From: an uncultured delta proteobacterium
GTDB taxonomy: Bacteria > Desulfobacterota > Binatia > UBA9968
Length of the DNA stretch: 64,000 nt
Reading direction: 5' to 3'
Assembly: GCA_963755715.1 (NCBI GenBank)
Contig: CAVWLW010000038.1
Coordinates: 32,001-96,000 of the forward strand
Below, piece after piece: positions 1-11,024 of the stretch. A model generated the notes under the pieces. The model did no database searches and was not told the DNA's origin. It saw nothing but the letters and a program-made list of their open reading frames with translations. The position numbers and the translations under genes were made by a program. Within the stretch, counting starts at the first letter, position 1. Every line of letters starts with the position of its first letter.

Positions 1-133
1 CGATCGGCGGCAATTCGCCCGCCGCAATGTTGAGATCGAGATTGCGCGTGACGCACCGAATGCCGAATGTCGCCAACACATTCTTCAGGTGGCCGATCAT
101 CAAAGGATCTTTTGCGCTATGGATTCGTTTCAT
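1..133 (-). CDS. DUF2007-like putative signal-transducing protein (5' part; runs off window edge)
   Basis: Not in ORF track. Manual translation MKRIHSAKDPLMIGHLKNVLATFGIRCVTRNLDLNIAAGELPPI resembles DUF2007 N-termini; ATG overlaps the stop of the upstream gene (ATGA). Confidence 0.7.
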   Translation of the reverse strand, partial: MKRIHSAKDPLMIGHLKNVLATFGIRCVTRNLDLNIAAGELPPI

Positions 134-495
134 GCGTCTTTGATGGCGCGCTCCTCGCTACGCCGCAGCGCTCCTTCGTTCAATTTTAACTTCTCGCCGA
201 GCCACAGAGAGCGCTCCAGATGATCGCCGTAACCGTCGCCGGTCGATGGGTGCACGAGCACCGATAAGCCTTCGCGATGAAGCATCAGCCACGGAACGAC
301 GCTGGCGAATTCCTCGGGAGCAAAAACCGCCTGATACATCGCGTCTAAGTGCGGCCCGACCGGCTCATCATGCCAACGGCCAAGCTGGACGTTGAAACTC
401 GTCAGTCCGGCGCGCACCCGCGCCGCCGCATCCCGCGTCTTCGCCGGATCGTAATAAATATGGGCGTGGTAGCCCTTGATCACGCGCTCGCTCAT
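130..495 (-). CDS. DOPA 4,5-dioxygenase family protein
   Basis: YHAHIYY, GRWHDEPVGPH, WLMLHREGLSVLVHP and DHLERSLWLG motifs; likely start MSERV with GAGAGG RBS. Confidence 0.88.
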   Translation of the reverse strand: MSERVIKGYHAHIYYDPAKTRDAAARVRAGLTSFNVQLGRWHDEPVGPHLDAMYQAVFAPEEFASVVPWLMLHREGLSVLVHPSTGDGYGDHLERSLWLGEKLKLNEGALRRSEERAIKDA

Positions 496-667
496 AAAAA
501 CACCTCTCTCAATAGAGATGATGTTCTTTATTATCAAATCTGGCTTGCCGAAGCCAAATCAAACGGAGATTATTGGAAAGATAATGAGATCGCGAGTGCA
601 CGCGTGATTCAAAGGTTGACGCGAGGAACACCCGCGTAAGGAAGCTTCAGGGGAAAGACCGAATGAG

Positions 668-862
668 TTAGGAATTGGCAGCTTCTGGCAAGATTTCCTC
701 GGGAAAGAGATATTCATAACCGGCCTGGCCGAAATTGACCAAGATTAACTGGCGTCCCATATTTTCCACCATCCGCACGAAAGTGCCTTCGCGCGGCAAC
801 ACTACTCCCGTCTTCTGCGATCTGATGGGTTTACTGGTTTTCAATAGGTCTCCAGGACTCAT
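668..862 (-). CDS. small hypothetical protein (64 aa, beta-rich)
   Basis: Strong GGAGG RBS before ATG; protein-like composition. Confidence 0.7.
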   Translation of the reverse strand: MSPGDLLKTSKPIRSQKTGVVLPREGTFVRMVENMGRQLILVNFGQAGYEYLFPEEILPEAANS

Positions 863-982
863 TGTATATCCTCCCAGTGTGTAACGCGTTGCTTGCTAGA
901 ATTTCATTTGTCGAATGTCGTCTCCTGTTCCAACAACCTCGTTGCTTCACTTCTTATTAGACGCTCGCCATTGGGAAACTAA

Positions 983-998
983 TGCAAGCGAAAGACCA
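983..998 (-). promoter_or_regulatory. candidate sigma-54 promoter
   Basis: Minus strand TGGTCTTTCGCTTGCA = GG-N10-GC with TTGCA, ~120 nt upstream of the 64-aa gene; AT-rich tract further upstream. Confidence 0.5.
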
Positions 999-1730
999 AC
1001 TTGATCGTATTCCGCCAATGGCTATTTCAGGACAACCCGGCGCTGCCGCGCCGAATCCTCCCGAGAACGAAAACATTTTGAAAACAAAGGTGTTTTTTAA
1101 CTTTTGTCGATTCTAAAATCGGTTTGGCGGCGTGCCGGGCCAGCGCCGGCAAAGCTGGCAATTTGTCCGATGTTGCCAAAAAAGCAGGCATTTCGAACAA
1201 AGCTGGTATTTCATTCTGCCCGAAAATTGTCGACCTTTCCCTCAAAAATTGAACGGTGAATTCCTCCATGATGTCGGCGGATGGCTGGATGGGGCGGCAA
1301 AATGTGCCTATTCTCCAATCGCTCCCGCTCGCAGGAGGCGAATAGTTAAAAATCGAAAATGGAAACAGGTCGGCGCGGGTGAATTTACGAATGAAGTAAC
1401 TGAATAATCGGACAGGCGATTTCACAATAGGTCAAGTAAAGTTGTGTACGTAGGTGACAGTTTCGAGAGCCGATTTTCCGGAACTCGCGTTTGCAAAGCT
1501 ACGAACAGATACGATTTCGTTTCTTCGAATCAACCGTTGAAAAATGGCGTCGGTCCACGACCTTGCCACATCGAAAAGAGTTGGCGCGGTGAGGTGCATT
1601 TAATTTTCGGCGACCTTAGCATAAAGCGAGGGAGCAATGCACGAAAAAAATCACGCTTGCGGAAAAATTTCTATTGGCGAAAATGATGCGGTGAAAATCT
1701 GTCTGGCTTTGGATGGAGCTATTTCAACTG

Positions 1731-1916
1731 CTACTTGGCTGACCTGTCCGAATCTAGACACCTGGAACAGACAGTGCCACGGGCTTTGAGAAATGCCTTG
1801 AGGAAGTGTTTTGAGCACACCCGTCTGCGGCAAACAGAACAGATGCTTCCTGCAAACTCATCGAGCCTAGCTGCACAGATCAAGCACCTAATGGGCGCGA
1901 TTGAAATACTAATCAT
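1731..1916 (-). CDS. small putative two-zinc finger protein (61 aa)
   Basis: CxxC-x11-CxxC-x4-CxxH-x12-CxxC ligand pattern; no clear RBS. Confidence 0.5.
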   Translation of the reverse strand: MISISIAPIRCLICAARLDEFAGSICSVCRRRVCSKHFLKAFLKARGTVCSRCLDSDRSAK

Positions 1917-1991
1917 TGTTAGTCTTGAAGATGCGAAGAGACTTATCCAGCAGTTGATGCCAAGGTCTTACCGTAAGCATCCCTTCTTCTT

Positions 1992-3005
1992 CTATTTTCC
2001 CCCGTAAACCTTCTCGAAGAACCCTTCGCTGTCGAGTTTTTTTAACCAACTGCTGTCGACGATCTCCTCGACTTTGACCGCCGCGGCTTTGGGGTTTTGT
2101 TCGGCGACATACTTGATCACGACCTTGAAACCTTCCAACGACGGATAGGGTTTGCGATCGAGCTCTTCCTGGGCTTCGAGATAAAAATCCTCTGCGGCGT
2201 CGAGGTTGGCCAGGCGCAGATTGCGCGCGAGCACTTCTTTGACCGCTTGTTTGTTCTCCTTCTTGAAAATATAGCCGTACGCTTCGATCGTTGCTCGGGT
2301 AAAACCGTCGATCACTTTTGGATTGGCCGCGGCATAGTCTTTCTTAACCGTGAGTCCGGTATTCTGATAGGGAATCTTCGCCTGCAGCATGTTGAGCAGC
2401 GGATAGTAGCCCTTGCCGACCATGACTTTCGTCGCGACACGCTGGAGCATGCCGGCGTCGATGGCCTTGGTTTCTAGCGCCACCATGCGATCCGGATCGA
2501 CACCGGTCTGAATGAGCACGATCTTGTCCCGCTTGAGATCGAGTTTAAGATGCTCAAGAGCGATCAAGGCCGAAATATGCGATGAGCCGCCGAAGCGCGC
2601 TGTCCCGATTCGCTTTCCCTTGAGGTCATCGGCGCGGCGCAGGTTCGGTTGCGTGACGACCGTAAATGGCGAAGTGTTGCTCAGACCGAGAAAAAAACTT
2701 ATCTTCTCGCCCGTCGCCGCAAGGTTGACCAGCGACGCCGGCGCGTTGGCAGTCATTTGCAATTCACCAGAGGCAAACATCTGGGCGACTAGCGAGCCGC
2801 TGTTGACCAGGATCAACTGCACGTCGAGGCCGTATTTTTCGTAGAATTTCTTATCCTTGCCGACGTATAGGGGCGCCATGTGCGGCGTCGGCGTCGACAG
2901 AGCGATGCGCACCTGCTGGAGCTTTTGCGCCTGCGCGGGTGGCGCGATGAGAAGACCTACAAAAAAAGTTAGCGACGCCAGAGCTGCCATTACCGTTTTC
3001 ACCAA
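1992..3005 (-). CDS. ABC transporter substrate-binding protein, NMT1/THI5/SsuA family
   Basis: Signal peptide, FYEKYGLDVQLI and DLKGKRIG motifs; GGAGG RBS near 3012 suggests start about 3002-3005 (ORF track extends to 3140). Confidence 0.88.
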   Translation of the reverse strand: MVKTVMAALASLTFFVGLLIAPPAQAQKLQQVRIALSTPTPHMAPLYVGKDKKFYEKYGLDVQLILVNSGSLVAQMFASGELQMTANAPASLVNLAATGEKISFFLGLSNTSPFTVVTQPNLRRADDLKGKRIGTARFGGSSHISALIALEHLKLDLKRDKIVLIQTGVDPDRMVALETKAIDAGMLQRVATKVMVGKGYYPLLNMLQAKIPYQNTGLTVKKDYAAANPKVIDGFTRATIEAYGYIFKKENKQAVKEVLARNLRLANLDAAEDFYLEAQEELDRKPYPSLEGFKVVIKYVAEQNPKAAAVKVEEIVDSSWLKKLDSEGFFEKVYGGK

Positions 3006-3090
3006 GGAGACCTCCGGTCGAGTTTTAGTTGTCATGCGTGAGCTTGAGAAGTCTACCCGATACCAAGATACCGACGCAATCGAGTCGGGT

Positions 3091-6000
3091 TTAGGCGACA
3101 CCCTTGCGCATCGGCCACTGTCTAAGAACCAAATCCGCAAGGAACAAAATTAATCCGACGCTAGCCAGCGGCCACCAGATGTCGCGCCCCTGGGTAGCTT
3201 TTCCCGGCGTTGGTTTGTAAAGACGCTCCAGTCCGCCTTGAAATTTCTCCGGGTCGATCATTTCACCGCCGGTTTCCTCCGCCAGACGGCTGAGCAGAGA
3301 CAGATTAGGTTTGAGTTCACGATACTCTCGCGGATAGGGCGCAATGTAGGGAACCGTCGCCACGGGGATTGGCGCATCGGCGCCGTTGCCCTCGGCGTAA
3401 ATTGTCACGAAATGAATGCCGCGCGCCACGGCGGTGAACTTTCCTTCATAGCGACCTGGGGCGGTCTGCTGAAAGCTTTGTTCCTGGCTGGCCTGATTGG
3501 GCGCGGAGATGTTGGCTTTGAGCTTTAGAAAATTTAAAAACTTGCCATCGCGTGAAACCACATCGGTCATGACTTTGATCGAATCGCCATCGGGAGAAAA
3601 GTCCGTGCGCACCTTGGTTTCGAGAACCTTGCGCATCGTGTCACGCGCGACTTGACTGGCCCATTGGGGGAAACCTTGCCAAGCAACCCAATCTCTGCCC
3701 CATCGTCCGCTGAGATCGGAAGTAAACGCCGTCACCCGGCCGACGCCGTAGCGCCAAGCGACGAGCAACGGGTCCTGGTCAGCGCGCATCAACAACTCGG
3801 TGCGCGGCTTCGGATAGGTGAGTACGTAACCGCGCAGCGCCGGCAGATTATTTTGGGGCAAGCCCTTGAGCGGACCGCTCGGCGTCACGATGCTCGGCGT
3901 TACCGGTTTTTCGATTAACAGATCGCGCGAAATGAGCAGCGTTTCGGTGGTAAAGATTTGCGGAATCGTCTCGGGATCGAGGGCAACGTAACCGCGCCCT
4001 TTGCCGTCTTTGGCGATGTCCGCCATGAGCTGCACATCGGCGTCATTGCCAACCGAGACGGTCGAGACCGTGATGCCGTCGCGCGCCATCTTGGCGACCA
4101 GCGAATGGAAATCCGCCTTGTCGGTTAGCCCGTCCGACAGCACGATGACATGTTTGATCGCCGCCTGCTTGGCGGCGATGCCGCGATGCGCTTCGAGCAT
4201 CGCTTTGTAAAGATCGGTGCCGCCGTCGGATTGCAACGATGAGAGCCGTTCGGAAATCCACTCGCCCTTGCCGACTTGCCGGAACGGCAAAGCCCAATCC
4301 CAAGCGGCGTCGAAAGCAAGGATGCCGACCTGATCCGTCGGGTTCATGATATCGGCGGCAGCGATCGCGGCGGCTTTGGCGAGATCGAGCTTAGTGCTGC
4401 CTTCGGCGCCCGCGCCCATGCTGCCGGATTTATCGAGCACGAAAAGCAGCGCCACATGAGGCATCTCGAGCCGCGCCGGCGGGCGCATATCGACGGGAAG
4501 AATGCGCTCGAGCGGCGTGCGGAAATAGCCGCCGGCGCCGTAACTCTGGGAGCCGCCGATGACCAGCAGACCGCCGCCCAAGTCGCGCACATATTTTTCG
4601 ATGGTCTCCATCTTCGCGTGGGACAGTTGAAAGGCCGGCACGTTATCGAGCACCAAAAGATCGTAAGCCGAGAGCTCGGAGAGCGTCAGCGGATGCGCCC
4701 CGGGCAGCGATTCGATAACCGTGTAGCCCTGCACCTGCAATACTTTGGCGATCACGCGCTGACTTTCCGGTTGCGCCGAGAGTAAAAGCACGCGCGGCGG
4801 TCCCTTTACCGCCACCACGCCTTGGAGCAAATTGTTTTCCGCTAAGGTGTCATCCGGCGACTCGACCAAAAGCTCGTAGGAATGCTGGCCGCGCTCTGTC
4901 AAACTATCGCGGAACGCCACCGAGTTACTGCCCGCCTTCAAGCGCAACTCCCGCTCCGCGTGTAGTTGGCCGTCACGCAGCAAACGAATCCGCGCCGGCG
5001 CTTCGCGCAGGCTCTCGATCACCCCGTGGATTTCAAATCCTTCGGCGCTGTCGACTTGCCGCGGCAAGGTCAGATCGCTTAAATAAATTTCATTGCGACC
5101 GCGCGATAAGCCGACCGGCAGCGTCCATACTTCCACACCCTGGGCGCGCAAGAGCGGCATCACGCGCGCGCTTTCACCGCGATTTTCGTTGCCATCGGAA
5201 AGCAGCAGGATCTTCCCTTGACGCCCCTCGCCGACCTGAGCCGCCGCGGCTTGCAGCGCGGCTTGAATGTCGGTCTGGTCGCGATCCAAGCGCGCGCCGA
5301 AGTCGCTTGCCGGCATCTGCTCACGCGGCAACGACTCCCACTCCGGCGCGCGGCCAAAGGTCAATAATCCAGTGCGCGTGTTCGGGGTCTTCAAGCGGCC
5401 GGCCGCAGCGAGAATCTCGAGCGCCTTCTCGCGCCCCTCCTGGCCCACGCTACGCGACAGATCGACGCCCAGGATCACATCGAGCGCGGTGGTCGCGCTG
5501 AAGATACGCGGGTTGAACAGAGCAAGGGCCAAGGCCGCGAAGGCCGTGGCGCGGAGCGCCATCGAATAGATCGTCAAGCCCTGGCGCAACGCCAAGAGAA
5601 GCTCGATCGCGAGCACCGCCAGCACCACGCCTAGCAGCACGGGCCAGAGGGAGAATCCGCTTTCAGTTGTCGCGGCTGCTTCGCTGCTGTTCTGCGCCGC
5701 CGTGCGCAAGCTTGCCCGCGGCCGGATTTGCGACTCTTCCTCGTCGAATAAATTGACCGCGAAGCGGCCGGCACGACCGGCGCTGCTGAACGTGTAAAAA
5801 CCGCTCTGAAAAGTATCGGCCGAATGCGAGCGGGCTGGTCGCGCCGCTAAAAATTTCTCGTTTGCCGTCGGGTAAACTAACTTCCAGGTTGGCGTCGCCC
5901 GGCGGCAAACGCAACGCGATCGGCGTGCCGGCCTGGGTCGATTGACCGGGAAATTCGAGCCGCTGCGGCTGAAACCATTCGAGCGCATTGTGAAAAAGCA

Positions 6001-7423
6001 CCGGAAAAGCGACGCGCAACGGCAGATCGGAGGCCATCAGGTCAAACCCGATAAAGAGCAGCCGGAGCTTGCCCTTGTCCAAAACGTAGAGGAGCGGGCT
6101 TTGCTCGGCGCGGGCCAAAACCGTGCCTTCGCTGGGCACGCCGACACGCAGCGCTTCATCGACTCGAAGATCGCCGAGGTTCAAGCCTTCGGTCAACGGA
6201 TGCTTCGTCACCGGTGCGGCTACACGTGGGTTGTGAATTTTGCCTTCGAGCTTGAGCGGCAGATTCGGCGCGACGGTGTCGATCAAGATAAAGTTGCCTT
6301 CTTTTAGCGCCGGCACCGCGACCCGATCGAAGATCACGAGATCAAAGGGCGGCGCCGCTCGCACGGCCTCGCGATCCCATTGCGCCGCGCGGGTCAACTG
6401 AACGTTGGTAAAAAAGCGCAGGAGTTGATTCAAATAATGGTTTCCCGGACCGACGTAAAGAATGCGCACCGGCGGTAAATCAGTGAGCGCCAAGTAAGCT
6501 TGATTGTCGGTGCTGAAATCATCGTCGATCTCCAAGCGCGCGATCAGCGTGCCGTTCAGGCTGCCGTCATAGGGATAAATCAGCACGCGCCGATCATCGG
6601 CGTCGATTTCAATGTCCTGGCGCAGCAAAATTTTGTCGTTTGCCGTCAAGACGAGCGGCACGCGCACCGCTTTATCGGTGAAGTTTCTGACGTGCACCAT
6701 AATTTCCGCCGGGCCCGGCTGCTCGGCATGGCGCCGCACCTCGAAACCGACGATGGCGACGTTGTCTTTACCGCCGCCGACGCTGACGAAGCGGTAGTGC
6801 GCCGCGGCCTTGGTGAACTCCTCGGCGCCGGTAAAGGCGCCATCGCTGATCGCCACGATGCGATCCGCGCTGGCGCGCTTGAGAAAGGCATGCGCGAAGA
6901 GAATTGCGTCTTTGACCCGGCCGGGTGCGTCGGTCGCGTGCAGGTCGCGCGCCAGTTCTCTTAGCTTGCGCTTATCGGCAGTGAAGGGTGCGAGCAATCT
7001 CGGCTGCGGGCCGGCGCCGATGACCATCATTTTTCGCGCCGCCGGCAGCTCGTCGACGAGCGCGAGAAACTCCCGCCGCGCCTGATCGAAGCGCGAACCG
7101 TTTTTGCCTTTGGCCTTCATGCTCGCGCTCAAGTCGACGACCACGATCCTATCGCCGGCCGTCGAGCCGAAGTTACGCAAGTACGGATCGGCGAGCGCGG
7201 CGATCATGGCGAGCGCGGCGAGGATCTGTAAGATCAGCAAAAGATTATTCCGCAAGAGCCAGCCCAGCCGCGTGCCGAGCGGGCGTTCTTTCAGGATGCG
7301 CTCCCAGAGGAACAGCGTCGTCGTACCGACCTTAAGTCCTCTGGGCTTCAGGCTATGCAGGAAAAGGATGAGCGGGATCACCCCGGCGAGGAGCAAAAGC
7401 GCGGATGGAAGGCGCCACAACAT
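3091..7423 (-). CDS. large BatA/vWA + vWA + glutamine-amidotransferase-like + vWA membrane protein (one frameshift near 5820)
   Basis: BatA-like N-terminus; MIDAS motifs DLSASM, DLSRSV, DKSGSM; ORFs 5663..7423 and 3091..5988 join at SPLAF/ADTFQSGFY. Confidence 0.8.
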
Positions 7424-7426
7424 AAC

Positions 7427-8503
7427 TCACGCAACGCTGCTCACCCGGCGCAGCGTCTGCAAGACAAATTCGTCGAACGGCACCTGCGTCGTCGTGCGCA
7501 GGTAATCGATGCGGCGGCTCGCGCACACGGCTTCGATCTCTTTGAAATAGCGGTCCAATTCCGCTTGAAAGCGGCGCACCAGATCGACGTCGAGAAAAAA
7601 TTTGCGCTCGCGACCGCCTTCCACGTCGACCAAGGCGATATCGCCCCAAGGTTTCGGCCGCGTTTCTTGCTCGTCGACAATGTGGATCACCAGCAACTGG
7701 TAGCGTTTTGCGGTCAATTCCTCCAAGGCCGCGCGCCAACCGGCGGGATCGAACAGGTCGCTAATCACCACCACGAAACCGGGATGAGGAAAAAGATTTG
7801 TGAACGAATGGATCGCCGCGCGCAAGTTGGTCTCGCCGGCGCAGGAAAGTTTGCCGAGGAAGCGAAATAAGCTGAGCACCTGCTTCCTGCCGCGCCCAAG
7901 AGTGAGCGGCGCTTGCAGGCGGGTCGAAAACGACGCACCGCCAAGCCGATCGAGATTCTTCAGACCGATGTAGCCCAGAGCCGCGGCGACTTTTTTGGCG
8001 TAATCGAGCTTCGCCGGCGCGCCTTCGGCCATCGACCGACTGGTGTCGATCAACAGGTAAATATTCATCTCTTCCTCGGCGGTAAACACTTTCAAGAGCA
8101 GCCGCTCGAGGCGCCGGTAGATATTCCAGTCGACGTAACGCAGATCGTCGCCGTGCTGATAGCGGCGGTAATCGGAAAATTCCAGGCTAAAACCTTTGCG
8201 CGAGGCGGCATGCTCGCCCTTGGCGCCGGCCCAGCTCAGCCGCTTGGCGACCAGATGAAGCCGTTCGAGCTTGCGCAGGAATTCGGTGTCGAAAAAAGTT
8301 TCAGGTTTCGGGTCTCGGGTTTCGGCTTGACGGCCCGCAAATGGTTCAGATAAATTTTTACTGCTGCCGACGTGATACCCATCCGATTGGTCATTCCGAG
8401 CAAAGCGAGGGATCTTGCTTCCGGCGGCGCGAAGCCGTGCAACAACTTCAGCGAACCATCCTCGTCTAAATTCGAAATTCGAAACCCGAAACTCTAAACT
8501 CAT
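7427..8503 (-). CDS. DUF58 domain protein (MoxR-associated)
   Basis: EFSDYRRYQHGDDLRYVDWNIY and LLIDTSRSM; N-terminal ~70 aa are repeat-derived. Confidence 0.9.
   Translation of the reverse strand: MSLEFRVSNFEFRRGWFAEVVARLRAAGSKIPRFARNDQSDGYHVGSSKNLSEPFAGRQAETRDPKPETFFDTEFLRKLERLHLVAKRLSWAGAKGEHAASRKGFSLEFSDYRRYQHGDDLRYVDWNIYRRLERLLLKVFTAEEEMNIYLLIDTSRSMAEGAPAKLDYAKKVAAALGYIGLKNLDRLGGASFSTRLQAPLTLGRGRKQVLSLFRFLGKLSCAGETNLRAAIHSFTNLFPHPGFVVVISDLFDPAGWRAALEELTAKRYQLLVIHIVDEQETRPKPWGDIALVDVEGGRERKFFLDVDLVRRFQAELDRYFKEIEAVCASRRIDYLRTTTQVPFDEFVLQTLRRVSSVA
8297..8500. repeat. heptamer-periodic inverted repeat enclosing a REP-like palindrome
   Basis: AGTTTCAGGTTTCGGGTCTCGGGTTTCG (8297-8324) is complementary to AAATTCGAAATTCGAAACCCGAAACT (from ~8468); GTCATTCCGAGCAAAGCGAGGGATCT at 8390-8415. 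Confidence 0.65.
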
Positions 8504-8509
8504 CGTATT

Positions 8510-9535
8510 CTATTCCACTTCCGGGACTTGCTCCGCCACTTCGCTCAAGATTTTCTCCGCGTTGACGCCTTCGGCGTCGGCTTCGAGGTTGAGAATCAAG
8601 CGGTGACGCAGGCTCGGCAGCAACAGGCTGCGAATATCGTCGAAAGAAACATTGGGCCGGCCGGCTAGCAGCGCGCGCCCTTTCGCCGCCAGAATCAAGC
8701 TCTGCAAACCGCGCGGGCTCGAGCCGTACATGACGAAGCGCTGTGCTAAGCCACCCGAACCGTTCGCTTGTTTTTGTTGCGGGTGGGTGCTCAACACCAA
8801 GCGCACCGCGTAATCTTTCACGACATCCGCGAGCGGAACTTCTCTCACCCACTGGCGCATTTGCAGGATTCCTGCCGCGTCCAAAACCTCGCGCAGCGCC
8901 GACGGCGGCGCCGCCGTGGTCAAATCGGCGATCCGCGCCAGCTCTGCGCGGCTCGGGAACTGCAGCAGCAATTTGAAAAAAAATCGATCCACCTGCGCCT
9001 CGGGCAAAGGATAGGTGCCTTCCATTTCGATGGGGTTTTGCGTCGCCAGCACCATGAAAGGATTTTCCAAGCGATGCATCTTGCCGCCGACGGTGACGCT
9101 CTGTTCCTGCATCGCTTCCAATAACGCCGACTGGGTTTTCGGCGTGGCGCGATTGATTTCATCGGCGAGAACGATGTGGGCAAAGAGCGGCCCGCGCTGG
9201 AACTCGAATATCTTGCGCCCCGAGGGATCGTCGGTGAGCATATTCGTGCCGGTGATGTCGGCCGGCATGAGATCGGGCGTGAACTGAATGCGCGAAAAGC
9301 TCAAGCTCAACGTTTCGCCCAAGCTCCGCACCATCAAAGTTTTGCCCAAGCCCGGCACGCCTTCGAGCAGGCAGTGGCCGCCGCAAACCAGCGCAATAAA
9401 CACTTGCTCGACCAATTCTTCATGGCCGACGATCATCCGAGCCATCTCGGCGCGCAGCCCGTCGAAGGTCCGCCGCGCGTTGACGATACGTTGTTCGATT
9501 TCCTCTACGGATTGCATGACGCGACTCCTGATCAC
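8510..9535 (-). CDS. moxR: MoxR family AAA+ ATPase
   Basis: LLEGVPGLGKT, RIQFTPDLMPADITG, LADEINRATPKTQSALLEAMQE, ATQNPIEMEGTYPLPEAQVDRF. Confidence 0.95.
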   Translation of the reverse strand: MIRSRVMQSVEEIEQRIVNARRTFDGLRAEMARMIVGHEELVEQVFIALVCGGHCLLEGVPGLGKTLMVRSLGETLSLSFSRIQFTPDLMPADITGTNMLTDDPSGRKIFEFQRGPLFAHIVLADEINRATPKTQSALLEAMQEQSVTVGGKMHRLENPFMVLATQNPIEMEGTYPLPEAQVDRFFFKLLLQFPSRAELARIADLTTAAPPSALREVLDAAGILQMRQWVREVPLADVVKDYAVRLVLSTHPQQKQANGSGGLAQRFVMYGSSPRGLQSLILAAKGRALLAGRPNVSFDDIRSLLLPSLRHRLILNLEADAEGVNAEKILSEVAEQVPEVE

Positions 9536-9599
9536 TTAACAGTTTTCAGTTGCCAGCTAGCAGGAAAAAATCAGATCCTTGCCGACGACTGACAACTGC

Positions 9600-11024
9600 T
9601 CACTTACTTTTCACTTCCCCTAACGAGAGAAAATAATTTCTAATCGTTTCTTTGAGCGCATCCGGCACGCGCTCGGAATTGAGCTCCTGCTCGGCCTGGC
9701 GACGATAGGAAGCGGTGATTTCCGCTGGCGGAACTACGCTTTTTCCCGGCGTCGGTTTGCCTTTGAAATCGAGCGCGCTGCTTTCGCCCGCGCCGAGCAA
9801 GCCTTTGGCTTGAGTCGACGCACCCGGACGAAACTCCGGCAGCGAGCGCGAGTCTTGATCTTGTTTTCCCGGTTCTTTGCCCGGCAAGCTGCTGGGATTT
9901 TTTTCCCGAGCGCCTTCGGCGCTTGGATCTTGCTCGCCCGGAGCGCCGCTGCGCGCGTAATTTTCGTCCTTCGCGCCTTGACCCTGTTTCATCAGCTGTT
10001 CGAGATATTGCTGCGCATCGATCAAAGAACGCCGGTCCAACTCGCCGGTAACCTGCTGCTCCAATCTGTCGAGAAAAGATTTTAGCTCTTTCTGACCGAG
10101 GCTTTGGCCGCCGCGCTCGGCATTTTCGAATTGGCGCTTGAGTTGAGGCATAGCCGCCAGCCGCTCCATCCAGCGCTGACCCGTCTCCTGATTTGCCTGC
10201 GCCGGCTCGGGCAACTGCAGCATGTCGCGCGTTGCCTCGATCTCGGCTTTCAAATCCTTGAGGCTTTGCTCGCTTTCGCCGTTCGAGAAAGAATTTTTCT
10301 CCGCGCTGGATTGAGCCGCGGCGGCGAATTTCCCAGCAGCGCCGGCCAATTCTTTTTTTACCGATTCGTCGGCGCTTTTTGCCTCGATATTTTTTTGCGC
10401 GGTTTTTTCAAGCTCTCGGCCCAAATTGAGCGTCTCGCGCAGTCCTTCATTTTTTGCTTTTTCTTGCAGCTCGCGGGAATATTCACGGAGCCTGTGCGCC
10501 AGCGTCGGCGGCCCGCCATAGCGCGCCTGTTCATCGCCGCGGTCGAAATCGAACCACAAAAGCATGAACCAGAGCGCCAGCAAAGGCAGGGCGGCGTAGG
10601 CCGGCCAACTCCAGCGGCGCGGCGAAACCGCGCGCGGCTCAAGGGCACGGAGCTTTTCTTCGGCTTGGTGCAAGACCAGCAGCGCCGCGCCCTGAGTTTC
10701 CTTACGCGTCGACAATTCCCAGGCGGTGACGGCGCGTTCCTCGAGGCCGAGCGTTTTGTCCAGTTTGACCAAAGCCCGTGCCGAATCGCCGAGGCGCCAG
10801 CGCGCGCGGTGGAGAAACCACGGCGCCAGCGAGAAAAATAACGCCGCGGGGGCGAGCCAGCGCAGCCAAGGATTGGGCAGATAGATGTCGAAGGGCGATA
10901 AAATGATCGCCAGCGCCGCCGCGTAGCAACTTACGCTGATCAAAGTCTGCTCACGCCGTTTGCGCCGCTCCCAGCTTAGCAGTCCGGCAAATTTGGCTTC
11001 GAGATTGTCCATTGCTCCGCTCAA
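9600..11024 (-). CDS. membrane-anchored coiled-coil protein of the MoxR/vWA operon
   Basis: N-terminal TM helices, LGLEERAVTAWEL motif, Q/E-rich helices, C-terminal VPDALKETIRNYF. Confidence 0.75.
   Translation of the reverse strand: MSGAMDNLEAKFAGLLSWERRKRREQTLISVSCYAAALAIILSPFDIYLPNPWLRWLAPAALFFSLAPWFLHRARWRLGDSARALVKLDKTLGLEERAVTAWELSTRKETQGAALLVLHQAEEKLRALEPRAVSPRRWSWPAYAALPLLALWFMLLWFDFDRGDEQARYGGPPTLAHRLREYSRELQEKAKNEGLRETLNLGRELEKTAQKNIEAKSADESVKKELAGAAGKFAAAAQSSAEKNSFSNGESEQSLKDLKAEIEATRDMLQLPEPAQANQETGQRWMERLAAMPQLKRQFENAERGGQSLGQKELKSFLDRLEQQVTGELDRRSLIDAQQYLEQLMKQGQGAKDENYARSGAPGEQDPSAEGAREKNPSSLPGKEPGKQDQDSRSLPEFRPGASTQAKGLLGAGESSALDFKGKPTPGKSVVPPAEITASYRRQAEQELNSERVPDALKETIRNYFLSLGEVKSK

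Noticed and set aside
1027-1686. Overlapping ORFs of 80-132 aa in the intergenic region
   Set aside because: No RBS or motifs, atypical composition; the region looks regulatory.
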